DNA from: Cenococcum geophilum
Lineage: Eukaryota
DNA length: 64,000 nt
Direction: 5' to 3'
Assembly (NCBI GenBank): GCA_050273025.1
Contig: CP158635.1
Span: forward strand, 26,412,001 to 26,476,000
Shown here: piece after piece, positions 23,758 through 35,161 of the stretch
How the letters are laid out: each line of letters starts with the position of its first letter
Numbering within the stretch: position 1 is the stretch's first letter
Program-made: the position numbers and the translations under genes
Notes under the pieces: model-generated
Database searches by the model: none
What the model saw: the letters and a program-made list of their open reading frames with translations, nothing else
Told to the model about the DNA's origin: nothing

Positions 23758-25276
23758 ATGCTCCGAAGGACCTCACGCAGCTGTTGCAGGGTGGAGGGGA
23801 GATCCGACCGTTTCCATGACCTTTCTAGTCCCTTACACAGCAGCACGTATACATTAAATAATGCAGCTACGGCTGCGGCAGCCCACTAGAAATACGGAAG
23901 TCTGAACTCCTGAGAAGAATTCTACGACAGGAAAGAGGGCTTTAACAAGCGCTATAGCTGAATGGATTTTTTCAAAAATTTGGTTAAAGAGAGACGAGGT
24001 TAAACGACCCCGGCAGAGAAGGGAGAGAGCGGAGAATAAGTATAAAACGCAAGCGTCATCACCGGCTCGTGTTTGTGTGGAAGGGGTTCCGGAGACTAAA
24101 GCGAGAAGGACTGTAGCCGGAAATAGCTATACTCACAGGAACGAGAGTCGGGAATTGCTGGAGCCAAGGACATGTACAGGGACGCTTTGAGTCGAGCCAT
24201 GTCACAAAAGGACCAGAAGGGTGCTGGGAGGAGCTGCAACCAGGCGCAGAGCTGGTGCCAGAGCTACATTCCCCCTCTCACGCGGAGACGACAAGCCGAG
24301 CTCGGGCCAGGCGAGGCAATGCAAGTAAGAGAGGCATACTCGTTTCAGACGATGCATGGCCACCGGCTATTCAAACGGGTCTGGTGCGCGTGGAAAGGCT
24401 GCCCAGTGGCGCGTCGATGCGCCCGATGGGCAACGGAGAGACGCCATGGATGTATCGAAAAGCTGACGGTTTGCTGAACCGGGCGATTGGCGCTTTCGAA
24501 CGACAGGCAGGCTCGAGTGGTTCGCTTCGGCATTGCGGGCATTTGGCGGCCCCAAGCAAAAAGCAGCCAAAGGGCCGGGCACCCAGACACCCCAAGACAG
24601 TGCGCAAAGAATCCGCCGTGGCACTGTGGCACTAGGACACCTACAGTAGGTAACTCACTAACTCAAACTCACTGGCAAGGGCTGGGGGCTGGCCCGGCTG
24701 AGGCTCGCAAAACGCTCCTCCAACCCCATGAACGTGCATGCGTTGGAGGTTTGAGGGCTAAGCGGAAATACTGACAGCATTGGTGGGAATTTGCGCGCAG
24801 CGAACTACGGCACCACGGCGCCCGGGAGCCGTTGCGCTGTCTATCTCCATATCGATGCGCGCGGCCAATAGACGGGCTAAAGAGGCTTCCGCCCAAACAA
24901 TAGTCCAAAGAGCCCCCAAATTGTCACGCCTGTCAGTACAATGAGGAGCCGTCGACGTGTTGCGGATGGCGATGCTGAAAGGGCATTTTGTGGCGCGATG
25001 GTGGCTTCCATTGCCTGCTACATGCGACTAGGCCTCGCCGTTTATGCACCGGCCCTTGCTCGCGTGTCTTGGTCTGACGTCCGCCCCTGAATCAAATCTT
25101 GAGCGCCCATGCAAATGCAGATGCAGATGTGCTCTGCTGCTCGCTGCTGCAGATGTTCCCTCGCACTTCACCGACAGGCTCTCACACGGCCACAGCATAT
25201 GTTTAGATTTTCCGAGCATCAAAACAGGCCCTAGCCATGCCTGTTATGAGGTTACGGATCTAGAGCTGAATTGTGC

Positions 25277-27814
25277 TCATCCGCCTTCCCGTTCGTCCAC
25301 GTAGACATCGCTCACATTTGGATATCTCAGGTCTGCATGTTCTTCCAGGAACTCCATCCATCTCTTGAGAAATTTACTTCCCCTAGTAATTACCCGTCAG
25401 TTCATCAGCCAAACAGAACACAACAGCCGGCAATTCAAAATCACACAGCATCATGCAAGGAGCCTTATTCCACAGTACACTCACCGGCCAACCGTGTCCG
25501 AATCTCCAATCACGCATAGATGTCTTTTCGGCCGGGTCATGGCCACTGTTCGGGAAGGTCAGCAAATTTCTTTATATGCAGGTACGCTTTTGATAAGGTG
25601 CGTCGTCTCACCATTCAGACGTCGTTTCTCGCCAAGGAAGCCGACTTCGTGTTCCGCATTACTTCGCACCAAACTGACTATGACTGCTTCCTTTTCTCTG
25701 CCCTGGAATCCATCCACACTGCCTAATTCAATGCCTGGATAGGCCTCCTTAAGCAACTGAGATAGAATAGCCAGCTGCAATTACTTTGTTAGAATACCAT
25801 CAATCATTAAGAAACCACTCATCTCGCTTCGTGCTAACTCAATGCGCAACACCTACCTGGGCGTTATAAGGCGTCACTACAGCAATATCCTCTGGTTTCA
25901 ATCCAGCCACAACCAGATTGCTAACATGGACCTTCACCAAAGCCGCCTCGAGTTCATTACTCCTGCTCTCCCCTAAACTCACGCCTTTGCCGGCTGTTTT
26001 GCTGATTTCTTCATCCTCCGTCTTCTCCGGGAAATCACCACCTTGAGTATCCCAGAAGACCAGGGGTTCTCGCGTGTCTTCCGTGTCCCGGATTTCGTAA
26101 GGCAGGTCTGTGAGTAGCCGGGTTTTAACCGCATCAGCGGCGACCAGTTTCGACTCATACAGTTCCTGCGATGGAAACGTCATAATCTTCTCATGCATTC
26201 GATACTGTGTTGTCAGCATACGCTTGATAGACGGGCCATGCATAGCTAGCAAGCGATCAAACAGCGTTGTTTCCAGCGTTATGCCTTTGACAGCGCCTCT
26301 GGCGATATCCTTCTGACTTCTTTTTGCACCATCCTTGTCCATCGCAGCCTTTTCTCCACCTTTCTCCTCGGCGCTCTCCTTCACTTCCTTCTTATTCTTC
26401 ATGTTCAAGCTCTTGATAGTAGGCGGCAGCTGCAAGTGATCCCCCGCCAACACTAACTTCCCTGCCTTAACCCACAGCAACGGGACCCAACATTGTGCCT
26501 CAAGCGCCTGACTCGCCTCATCCACAATTACGACATCGAACTCCTGGCCCTTGAGATGGAACCCGCCAGCTCCATGCAGCGTCGCCAGTACGACCCTGCT
26601 CCCCCTCACCAAACCCTCCACACAGCCCCTCTCCCTCTCCCTAAACTCCTTCCTCAGCTCCCTTAGCTCCCCATAAATCGCCCTCCTCTCCCTGCCGTTC
26701 CGCGTCTTGCGAATCGAGGCCTGCTTCGCGTCCATCTCCTTCCTAACATCCTGCACGATCACTGCCGCGTCGCTAGTGCGTGTCAGCATGTCGAGCGAGT
26801 GGTACAGGACGGATGGCAGCAGGCGCGCTGGATGCCCGAGCCGGATCATCGGGACCTTATGCGGGGCGAGGCGCTCGACGATGTTGTCAACGGAGATGTT
26901 GCTAGGGCCACAGACCAGCAGCCTTTTTTTCTGCGCCAGCAGCTGCAAGATTAGCTCAATCAACGTGTGTGTTTTGCCCGTCCCCGGCGGGCCATGGATG
27001 AGTGCGACTTCACGAGACGCGAGGGCGAACTTGATGGCATCTTTTTGCGAGCTGTTGAGCATTGGATCTATCCAGGTAGGGTTATCCATGGAGGAGAGAT
27101 CAGCAGGAACGGGGGTGGGGGTGGTGAGGCCGAAGAGGACGCGGATAAAGGGCGTGTAGTCGGATTCGTTGAAGGCATGAAGCTTCGACATCGTTTGGTT
27201 CATCCTGGAACCCGGGGAAGTCAGAAAGGGTGGTTCTTCCAACCATCACGTGGACTCTCCAGATAGTATCGCATACCTCTTGTATGTGACATCATTCGCC
27301 AGCTTGATTCTAAGACACACATCAGCCATTGCGCACGCTCGACATTCCCATCCCCGACCCACATCCACAGCTTCCCCCCAGGTAACTCCACCTCTTCTTT
27401 GTCCAACGCGACCTCCACCTTCTCCCTCCCAACTTTCAGCACGACGCCTTCAACCCCCTTCTTCGCTGCTCCTTCCTTCTCCCTCTTCTTTGCCGCCCCG
27501 GAAATCTGCTCCTGCACCGCTACGATATCCCCAACGCGTATACCATGCTCGGGTATATCTGCACCATCCTTGCCCTTTCCCACAACGGCGCTATCCAGAC
27601 TCAGTTCTACGACGGTTTTGCCACCCAGCCCGGTGCGCTGGGATGTAGGTGTAAGGTTCAGGATCGCAAGCCCTGCGCGCGCGAGACCCGCGGGGGAGAA
27701 GGACGAAACGAGGAGGGATGTTTCGGCAGTTTCGGCGGCGAGTTCGGACGCGAGGAGGGAGAGCTGGGTGGTTGCGAAGCTGGGAATATCGAGAGGGCTA
27801 GGTTGGTGTGTCAT
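25277..27814 (-). CDS. HCS1: SF1 Upf1-like helicase, Hcs1/SMUBP-2 (IGHMBP2) ortholog; exons 27814-27363, 27309-27277, 27204-25857, 25774-25612, 25545-25485, 25382-25277
   Basis: [75 protein letters not shown] and [11 protein letters not shown]. All five introns are GT-AG and keep the frame. Confidence 0.92.
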
Positions 27815-28253
27815 TTTTTCGGTTTTGTGGGCGGTCGTGCATGCCCCGGGTGCGGTTATGCGTGGCTTATTTAGTGGTGGAGGAGGGCTTACGTGGAGGA
27901 GGGCTGCGTAGAGATGAGGTGGGATGGTGGGGTGTTCCCTCTGCTCTGGAATCCCAGAAGTTACAGTAGCTCTAACACCGATAGCAAAATTATTTTGATG
28001 CAGACAGCTCCGAAGCTCTGCAAGCAATTCCCTACAGCTTCAGAGGCTACAACATGGCAATATTGCAGCTCACAGGTCTCAATGGCTCCGTAACTCCCCT
28101 CCCTTCAATCACAAAAACGAAAGGAACTGCGACTCCGACAGCGTGTGCCAAGCCCTCACCGGCCACCCCCTGACCACCTCAGAGCATCGTCCCTAGACCG
28201 CAACAGTAGCACAACGGCATCGAGCTTCCTCCCCTCCCCTCTCCAATCTCGAA

Positions 28254-29646
28254 ATGCGCACTTCACGCATTTCCCGCGACACTAGCAAAATCCTCACCTC
28301 CCTCTCGCTGCGCCCGACCCATTCTCGCCCGCCACAATCCTCCGCTGTCGCCTCAGGAAACGCGTCTGCGGCTCCGGACGTCGCGACGCTGCAGGCGGCG
28401 CCCGAGGTAGTTTCTGACTCGGATCTCTCGTCTGTGCCCGAAGATCTGGACGAGGAGGATGGCACGCCTGCTAGGGAGGTGAGCCGGAAGCGGAAAAGGG
28501 GCGAGAAGACGCCTGCGGCCGGCATCGCCAGACGAGGCAAAGCGACCACCACCGTCTCGCTCAAGCCCAAGAACCTGAAAGCCGCGCTGGAAGAGCAGGA
28601 TATCAAGGCTGACCCGGATGCGAGGCCCGCTCGCGGCAAGCCGAAGAAGGCGCGCCGGGCCCCGGCGAAGAAGATCGTGGGCGCGAATGGCAGTGTGAAG
28701 GTCGAGTCGCCGGCGAACTGGGAGGAGATCTACGCTCTCACGAAGCAGATGCGCGCGGCGCACGTCGCGCCCGTCGACACGATGGGCTGCGAGAGCTTGG
28801 CGGACGTGACGCGTCCGCCGCGCGATCAGCGGTTCCAGACGCTGGTGGCACTGATGCTGTCGTCGCAGACGAAGGACACGGTGACGGCGGTTGCTATGAA
28901 GAATCTGCAGGAGAATCTGCCTGGGGTATGTGTCAGGAGTTGTGTTAGTGGTTTTGTTGGTGGTTGTGGTGAGATTGACGAGAGTGCAGGGCTTCAATCT
29001 CGAATCGATCCTTGCGGTCGACCCGCCGGTTCTAAATGGGTTTATTGAGAAGGTTGGGTTCCATAATAATAAGACGAAGTATATCAAAGCGGCAGCGGAG
29101 ATTTTACGGACGTCCTTCAATTCAGATATACCAGATACGATTGAGGGGTTGACGTCTCTCCCCGGTGTGGGTCCGAAGATGGCATACCTGTGCATGAGTG
29201 CGGCCTGGGGCAGGGACGAGGGCATCGGAGTTGATGTGCATGTGCATCGTATTACGAACTTGTGGGGATGGCACAAAACAAAGATGCCGGAGGAAACGAG
29301 AGCGGCATTGGAGTCATGGTTACCCAGGGATCGATGGCACGATATTAACAATCTGTTAGTTGGCTTTGGGCAGACCATATGCCTGCCTGTTGGAAGGAAA
29401 TGTGGAGAGTGCACGCTAGCTGAGAAGGGTATGTGTCCTTCCGCTGTTGTTGGCAAAGCAACAAAGGTGAAGAAAGAGAAAATGGTTGTTGTCAAGGAAG
29501 GGGATGATAGTGATGTGTTGGTGAAGGAAGAGGTGGATGTTGTTGAGGAGCATGAGATCAAAGCGGAAGATGTAGAGGATAGGATTCCCGATATAGAGGA
29601 TCTGGGTCGATCTTCAAGCAGGAGATCACGTAGATTGATCCCCTAG
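28254..29646 (+). CDS. NTH1: Endonuclease III homolog (DNA N-glycosylase/AP lyase); exons 28254-28925, 28990-29646
   Basis: [17 protein letters not shown], Hh[30 protein letters not shown] and the 4Fe-4S motif C-x6-C-x2-C-x7-C ([20 protein letters not shown]). 64-nt intron gtatgt...cag. Confidence 0.95.
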
Positions 29647-30125
29647 GTTGACTTCACATTCCTTGTTTACCACTCACTTGCAGTAAGCCATTTCCCATCT
29701 TGTTGGTTTCGGGAGAGCTACACACTCCTTAATTACGCTAGCTATGATGCAACAAGGGCAACTGACTAGATTATTGCCTAGTGGTACAGCTAGTAAGCCG
29801 GATTATAAAAACATGTAAAGTGGCGTGTAATATAACTCAAAGTGTTCATGATCATGTCACGTTTCCCTATATAGTCAACTTCACCAACATAAGCTTTAGG
29901 CTTCACCCGCCATTCTAACACCAAAAATTCACCACCGCCCAACTGTGCAGACTCCTTACTTGCACTACTCCGCTACTTCCTCCTTTGAACCTCAACACTA
30001 CTGCTCTCTGTCCATCAACGCCCCTCGCCGACCTCATTTGCTTTAAAACTTAGTCGCTTGTCTCGTAAAGCTTGCAGCTCCAATTTCTTGTCTTCCATTA
30101 TACTCTCTTCTCAACACCTATCGCA

Positions 30126-31625
30126 ATGCCTAAAGCCATGGCCAGCAAAGGGCAACAATCCTCCAAGATGGCCCCCAAACCCAAATTCCGAAAGCAAGGT
30201 ATAAGGCTTAAGAGCTTTCTCGTTGGCACGTTGACACTGCACTTCGCCTTGAGCGCCCTCAACACCGGCCTCAGCAATATCGTTCCTGTGCTAGCGTTAT
30301 ATGCTCCTTCAAGGCAGGTTGGATTAGTCACAAACTGCTTCACTCATCAGGAACATGGTCACACCATTCATTCCTGTTTTCGCAACGATGGTCCTTGCGA
30401 GCCCGCCGATGACTTCAAGAAGTGTCCTCGTACTGTGGACTCTACTTTCACCACACCCACCCTAGCATTCCAAAAAGCAATGCTCCGCAAGAAGGCGTTT
30501 CTTTTGAGACAATATTTGATAGATCTGGCCGACGATGTCTATTCAAAGGTCAAAACTGCAAGCAATACATGGAAAGCGTACACTATCAATCCTCCCAAGG
30601 TTAAGGCCACGGTCAAAGTTCATGAGGTTCTCTTCTCCCCACCATCACAACTGCAGAATTGGAAGGCCATGTTTGAGGGTATGCGGGACATGACCAAGTC
30701 AAACCTGGTCTGGCTATACTCCGAGCTAGCTACTCCCTTCGCCCTTACCTCGCTCCAAAACGTCCGCTTGGCCATTGACGTCGTCCGTTGCTTCATAGGA
30801 CTCACAATCGGCTTTGGCGCTGGTATTATATTCTTAGGCAGAGCATTCCGCAATCCAGTGACGCAGCTACCTACCCCGTCACCCGTGAGAAGGATGTACA
30901 GAGGGAAACTCACGAGAATATACAAAGTAATTCTCTCAACAGTATTACTCACGTGGCTTTGGGGATACCTAGCCCAGTGGGTTTTGAGTCCAGATAACGC
31001 CTTCGGTCCTCTAATCCACTTCTGCACCATGGTCTATTGGGCTAGTGTTGGCATAAAAAAAACTCCTTTTACCGCGCTATGGCACGACATCGCTGACTTC
31101 TCCGCTACCTGTGCCAACGCCTGCGCCAACGCCTTCCGTTACCTGCGCGCCTTCCGCACCGACCGCCACGCGCACGCTCACTTTGCGGAGTGGGCTGCCA
31201 CCTGGGCTGATCATACCACTTGGTGCATTGCCATGAAGTTCTGCGAGAACCTGGCAGACCCGAAAGCGGCTTTTCTTTTCCTGTTCGTCTACATGGGGCT
31301 CATTGAAGGCTGGTTGCCAGCCGAAGACGGCACCACCAGCAACGCTAACACCAAGGACAAGACAGCCTCTAAGGCCGAGCCTCCGGACAAGCCTGCGAAG
31401 AAACCTGCGAAGAAGCCTGCGACTACTTTGGTGCCAGAACACATCGTCCAGGAGGACTACGAGTCCAACCACCCACACGACGAGGTTTGGGAGGCGGAGC
31501 TGCATGCACGCATAACACAAGGCCAGATAACGGAAGAGCGAGCTGCGAAGTGTGCGCAAGGGGCGCAGGAGGTTCTGGCAGAGTCGGAGAGTGACGACGC
31601 TGATTGGGAGAAGGTTTCGCACTGA
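30126..31625 (+). CDS. Hypothetical multi-pass membrane protein (~499 aa), no family recognised
   Basis: 1.5-kb open frame from ATG 30126 with several hydrophobic segments (FIGLTIGFGAGIIFLG, VILSTVLLTWLWGYLAQW, AAFLFLFVYMGLIEGW) and an acidic C-terminus. Introns are not excluded. Confidence 0.55.
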   Translation: MPKAMASKGQQSSKMAPKPKFRKQGIRLKSFLVGTLTLHFALSALNTGLSNIVPVLALYAPSRQVGLVTNCFTHQEHGHTIHSCFRNDGPCEPADDFKKCPRTVDSTFTTPTLAFQKAMLRKKAFLLRQYLIDLADDVYSKVKTASNTWKAYTINPPKVKATVKVHEVLFSPPSQLQNWKAMFEGMRDMTKSNLVWLYSELATPFALTSLQNVRLAIDVVRCFIGLTIGFGAGIIFLGRAFRNPVTQLPTPSPVRRMYRGKLTRIYKVILSTVLLTWLWGYLAQWVLSPDNAFGPLIHFCTMVYWASVGIKKTPFTALWHDIADFSATCANACANAFRYLRAFRTDRHAHAHFAEWAATWADHTTWCIAMKFCENLADPKAAFLFLFVYMGLIEGWLPAEDGTTSNANTKDKTASKAEPPDKPAKKPAKKPATTLVPEHIVQEDYESNHPHDEVWEAELHARITQGQITEERAAKCAQGAQEVLAESESDDADWEKVSH

Positions 31626-31866
31626 TGAACTAAAATATAGATGTCGAAATAAACGAACAAATCAAAGTGGATTTTATATTAACTCTAATTAGTAAAAGGA
31701 ATGAGGCCGCGAAGGGCGATTTGCTTCCCTTTTAGAGGCATCTAAATTCTAAAAGGCCCAAGTAGGACCCTAGGGAGATTTATAAAAATCAAAATCCCTG
31801 TTTCTATAGACCAGAAGAAAATGAAAAAGCAAATTCCCGATAAGTTAGTCTTTATAGTTACTACTA

Positions 31867-32768
31867 TCCGCCCCACAGACTCTTCGGCGTTCGCCTTAGA
31901 GTCCTACGTAGCTCAACGCAAGTCGTAGCTCAACGCAAGTGAGGCACTACCAATGATGTCAATGGATTGGTTCGGTTTAACCAAAATCTTGAGAGTAACC
32001 GGTTCGTCGATTTGATTGGCTCAATTTGGATCGGTTGTTAGATATTTTGATAAACCGGTTATCCAGTAAAACCAGATAGCTCTGGCTACAATACAAAAAC
32101 GAGCCTCCGCACGAGCCTCTGCATAAGCCCCTACTAAGCCTTACCCTACGGGGACAAGCGCCACCGCCTAAATAGGGCTAGCTTCTGCCAAGGCCAAAAA
32201 AACACGCTAAAACACGTAAATAAACACTTGAAAGACGTGTTATCTGGTTAATCTGGTTTAACCGGTTCTGTAACCGGTTCAAGCCTCAAAATTGTATTTT
32301 GTATTGGTTTTGGCCTCATTCCTGAAACCTAACCTAACCGTTGACATCACTGGGCACTACGTGATACGAGGGCAACAGATATACAGAAGTTCTTAGGGGA
32401 GCGATTGAAGCGGTATATTAGGTCTACAAGCCTGCCAAATGTTAAGCGCGTGCGGTCTCTCTCTCGCGCTCAGCTGCTTCCTTTGCTTCCTTCTTGACCT
32501 TCCGTACAGCCGCCCTACTTGCCTTCGCAGCCTCTTTTAAAGGAAGCAGCTGAGCGCGAGAGAGAGGCCGCACGCGCTTAACATTTGGCAGGCTTGTAGA
32601 CCTAATATACCGTTTCAATCGCTCTACTAAGAACTTCTGTATATCTGTTGCCCTCATAGAGTTGTAAAGCTCTAAATCTATTACATGGTGCCTTGCTTAC
32701 GTTGAGCTACGGCTTATATTAAGCTATGTAGGACTTTAAGGCAAACGCCGAAGAGTCTATAGGGCGGA
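31867..32768. mobile_element. Foldback-like MITE with TA TSD (Tc1/mariner-type ends), interrupted by a hAT MITE
   Basis: Outer ~90-bp TIRs tccgcccc/tacagactcttcggcgtt... with TA at 31865-66 and 32769-70. Inner ~117-bp inverted arms at 32368-32484 and 32539-32655. Confidence 0.85.
31951..32352. mobile_element. hAT-type MITE, 402 bp, nested in the foldback element
   Basis: TIRs ca(a/g)tgatgtcaa(t/c)gg. Perfect 8-bp TSD ggcactac at 31943-31950 and 32353-32360. Subterminal aaccggtt repeats. Confidence 0.9.
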
Positions 32769-32790
32769 TATATCCTTCTTATTATGGCAC

Positions 32791-33037
32791 TGTTACAGAC
32801 CCTAGTTAGGGGCTCGTTTTGGGGCTTGGCGTTATGTATATAGACGTGTCCTTTCCTCGATCTTCTAGTCCTTGTCTTAGAATTCTAGTTACCTAGCTAC
32901 TAATAGATTCTGTTCTATTAACTAAGCCTTTATACTTCTTTTAGCTTATTAAAAGCTAGGGTTTACAATATTCTAGTTAAGCTATTATTAGATTATTATT
33001 TTTAGGTATATTATAGTTAAAGCTAAGGGTCTGTATA
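32791..33037. mobile_element. Possible solo LTR
   Basis: Begins tgttacagaccct and ends agggtctgtata (short inverted termini). No convincing TSD. Confidence 0.3.
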
Positions 33038-35161
33038 AGGTAAGATATAGATAGGGAAGAAAGTAAGAAATAGAAGGGAAAGGGGTATATATTATTACTT
33101 AGTTACTAGGTTAATTGACCTAAAGTATAAGTAGTCTATATTTTTAGGTCCTAGAATTTAAACTTTGCTAAGCCAGCTTTTAATTAGTTTAAAAAAACTT
33201 ACGGACGATAAGTTATAGTAGAATTTACGTAACGAACTTCAAAATATTAGAATATTAAAATATTATACACGTACCTTTTTATTAATGCCTTTATTAATAT
33301 CTCTATTAATACCACTATATATACCGTAAATATAGCAGACCTTACTGTAATTAAGTGTAGCAAGTGCTGTATCTATAAGCCCCGCCTTAACTTTATTAAA
33401 GATAGCCCTTTAAAAAAGCTTTTAAATCTATACCAGTTATATTAGTTAAAGGCGCGTATTCCCTATATACTACTTCTACTTTTACTTACTTTTCTAGGCT
33501 TCTAAATATAATTTAAATAAGCGGAGAGCTCTTATAGAGTTAGGTTCTACTACTAAGAATTATCCTATAAGGCGCTAATAAACTGCTCTACCTAAAAACG
33601 ATACTAAGAACGCCTTTCTACCTTGTGGCTAGAATAGCTAAAATACCCCTAAAATAGCTTAATGGCGGAAGACAATTAGGGTAATATAACGGGAGCACCG
33701 CATTCTTAATTAGTGGGGTAAAGCTTACTCGCCTACTCCTCCGCTATATACTATAGATAAAACTCTATATAGCAGAAGAGGCACTCTAAATAGCCTAAAT
33801 ACGTCCTTATTAGAACTAGCTCCTATACCTACTCTAACTACGGCCACACTACTACCTGTTTTAGCTGTTAATTAGGAGTGAATTAAGAAGTTTAGGAGTA
33901 TACTATAGGCTAAATATATAGAGACGTGTAGCCGTTATAAGGAGTAGTAGTTCTAAATAGGCCTAGCTATAGAGGGTAATAATATAGGTGTATATAAAGC
34001 TTGCATTAAGGACGCTAATAGCCTTAAATATTTAACCCTGTTTCCCCTATTTAGTAAAAGCAATAGGCTTAATCCGGGGCCTATTCCTAGCTTTTTACCT
34101 ATATATTACGGCTTGTATAAATGCCTCTAAACTAAAGCTTATAGAATACTATATTACGAAGATACTAAGTGTTTGTATTAATTTAATAATATAAGGCAAG
34201 TTATATCCCGGGGCACGAAATACGTATAGTATTGTATGCTCTTTAGGATAGTGGTAACTGTCAATTCTATTAAGGTAGACTACGTAATCTATATACTGAC
34301 GCGCCTCCCCCCTAATTAGTTAGTATATAAGTGGTTAGTGCACCGAACGCGTAGCTACGCGTTTGGTGTACTACGTGCTATAATTATACACTGGTGGTAC
34401 TTAAAGATAGACCTACTTGTATATAACCTCCGTAATTGCTTTAATAGAGCCGTAAAACATAAAAGAAATATATAGGAAATCCCTCCTAAGGTGCCTTCTG
34501 GGCTACCTTCCAAATGGTGCTCTAAGCTGGCCGTAAGTCCTGCTTACGGTCTGTAAAATAAACCGTACGGCCTTCTAACGGGCTGTAAATAAGCCGTACA
34601 GCCTTCTAACGGGCTGAAAATGAACCGTAAGTGCTCTGTTAGTCTCGTTCCACCCATTCTATAACCCTTAAGTTAAGCTTATTTGTATTAATTAGGGTTT
34701 TAAGAGCTTAGCACGGCTTTGCCTTAGTTATAGTGTCCGCTAAGTTGTCTCCGCTACTAATCTATTTAACCTCCGTAATCTTATGTTATTTATAGGCCTA
34801 ATATAAGCACATTAGGTCGACTATAAGCCTCTTCTCTTATATTATACCTAGTTTAACTAGGCAGTTATAGAGGGACTTTAAATTAGTGTATAAAACTAGG
34901 GGTAACTGCTCTAGTTGTAGAATCTTCTAGACCGTTAATTTAATTACGGCTGCTATATTAAATCTATAAGCTAGTATATATAGTTTAGAAGCTAGTACAC
35001 TGCGGGTTACTTATTTACACTTAATTAAAGACTAGTACAGTATATTTGCGTCCTAATTATAGTCCGTAAGTACAATTATAAAGCCGATTTATAATAATAG
35101 GTCTTTATTATTAGCAAAGAAGGCGTTTATAAATGCTATTAAGCTAAGGGAATTTAGGTCT

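Noticed and set aside
24172..25300. Cluster of overlapping short ORFs
   Set aside because: GC-rich intergenic/promoter region between two minus-strand genes; no motifs.
28353..29561. 402-aa minus-strand ORF (similarly 22002-22787, 26707-27159, 12860-13315)
   Set aside because: Antisense shadows of GC-rich real genes.
4600..31860. Gene island as cargo of a giant Starship-type element
   Set aside because: No tyrosine-recombinase captain or boundary repeats were seen, and the island includes core genes (HCS1, NTH1).
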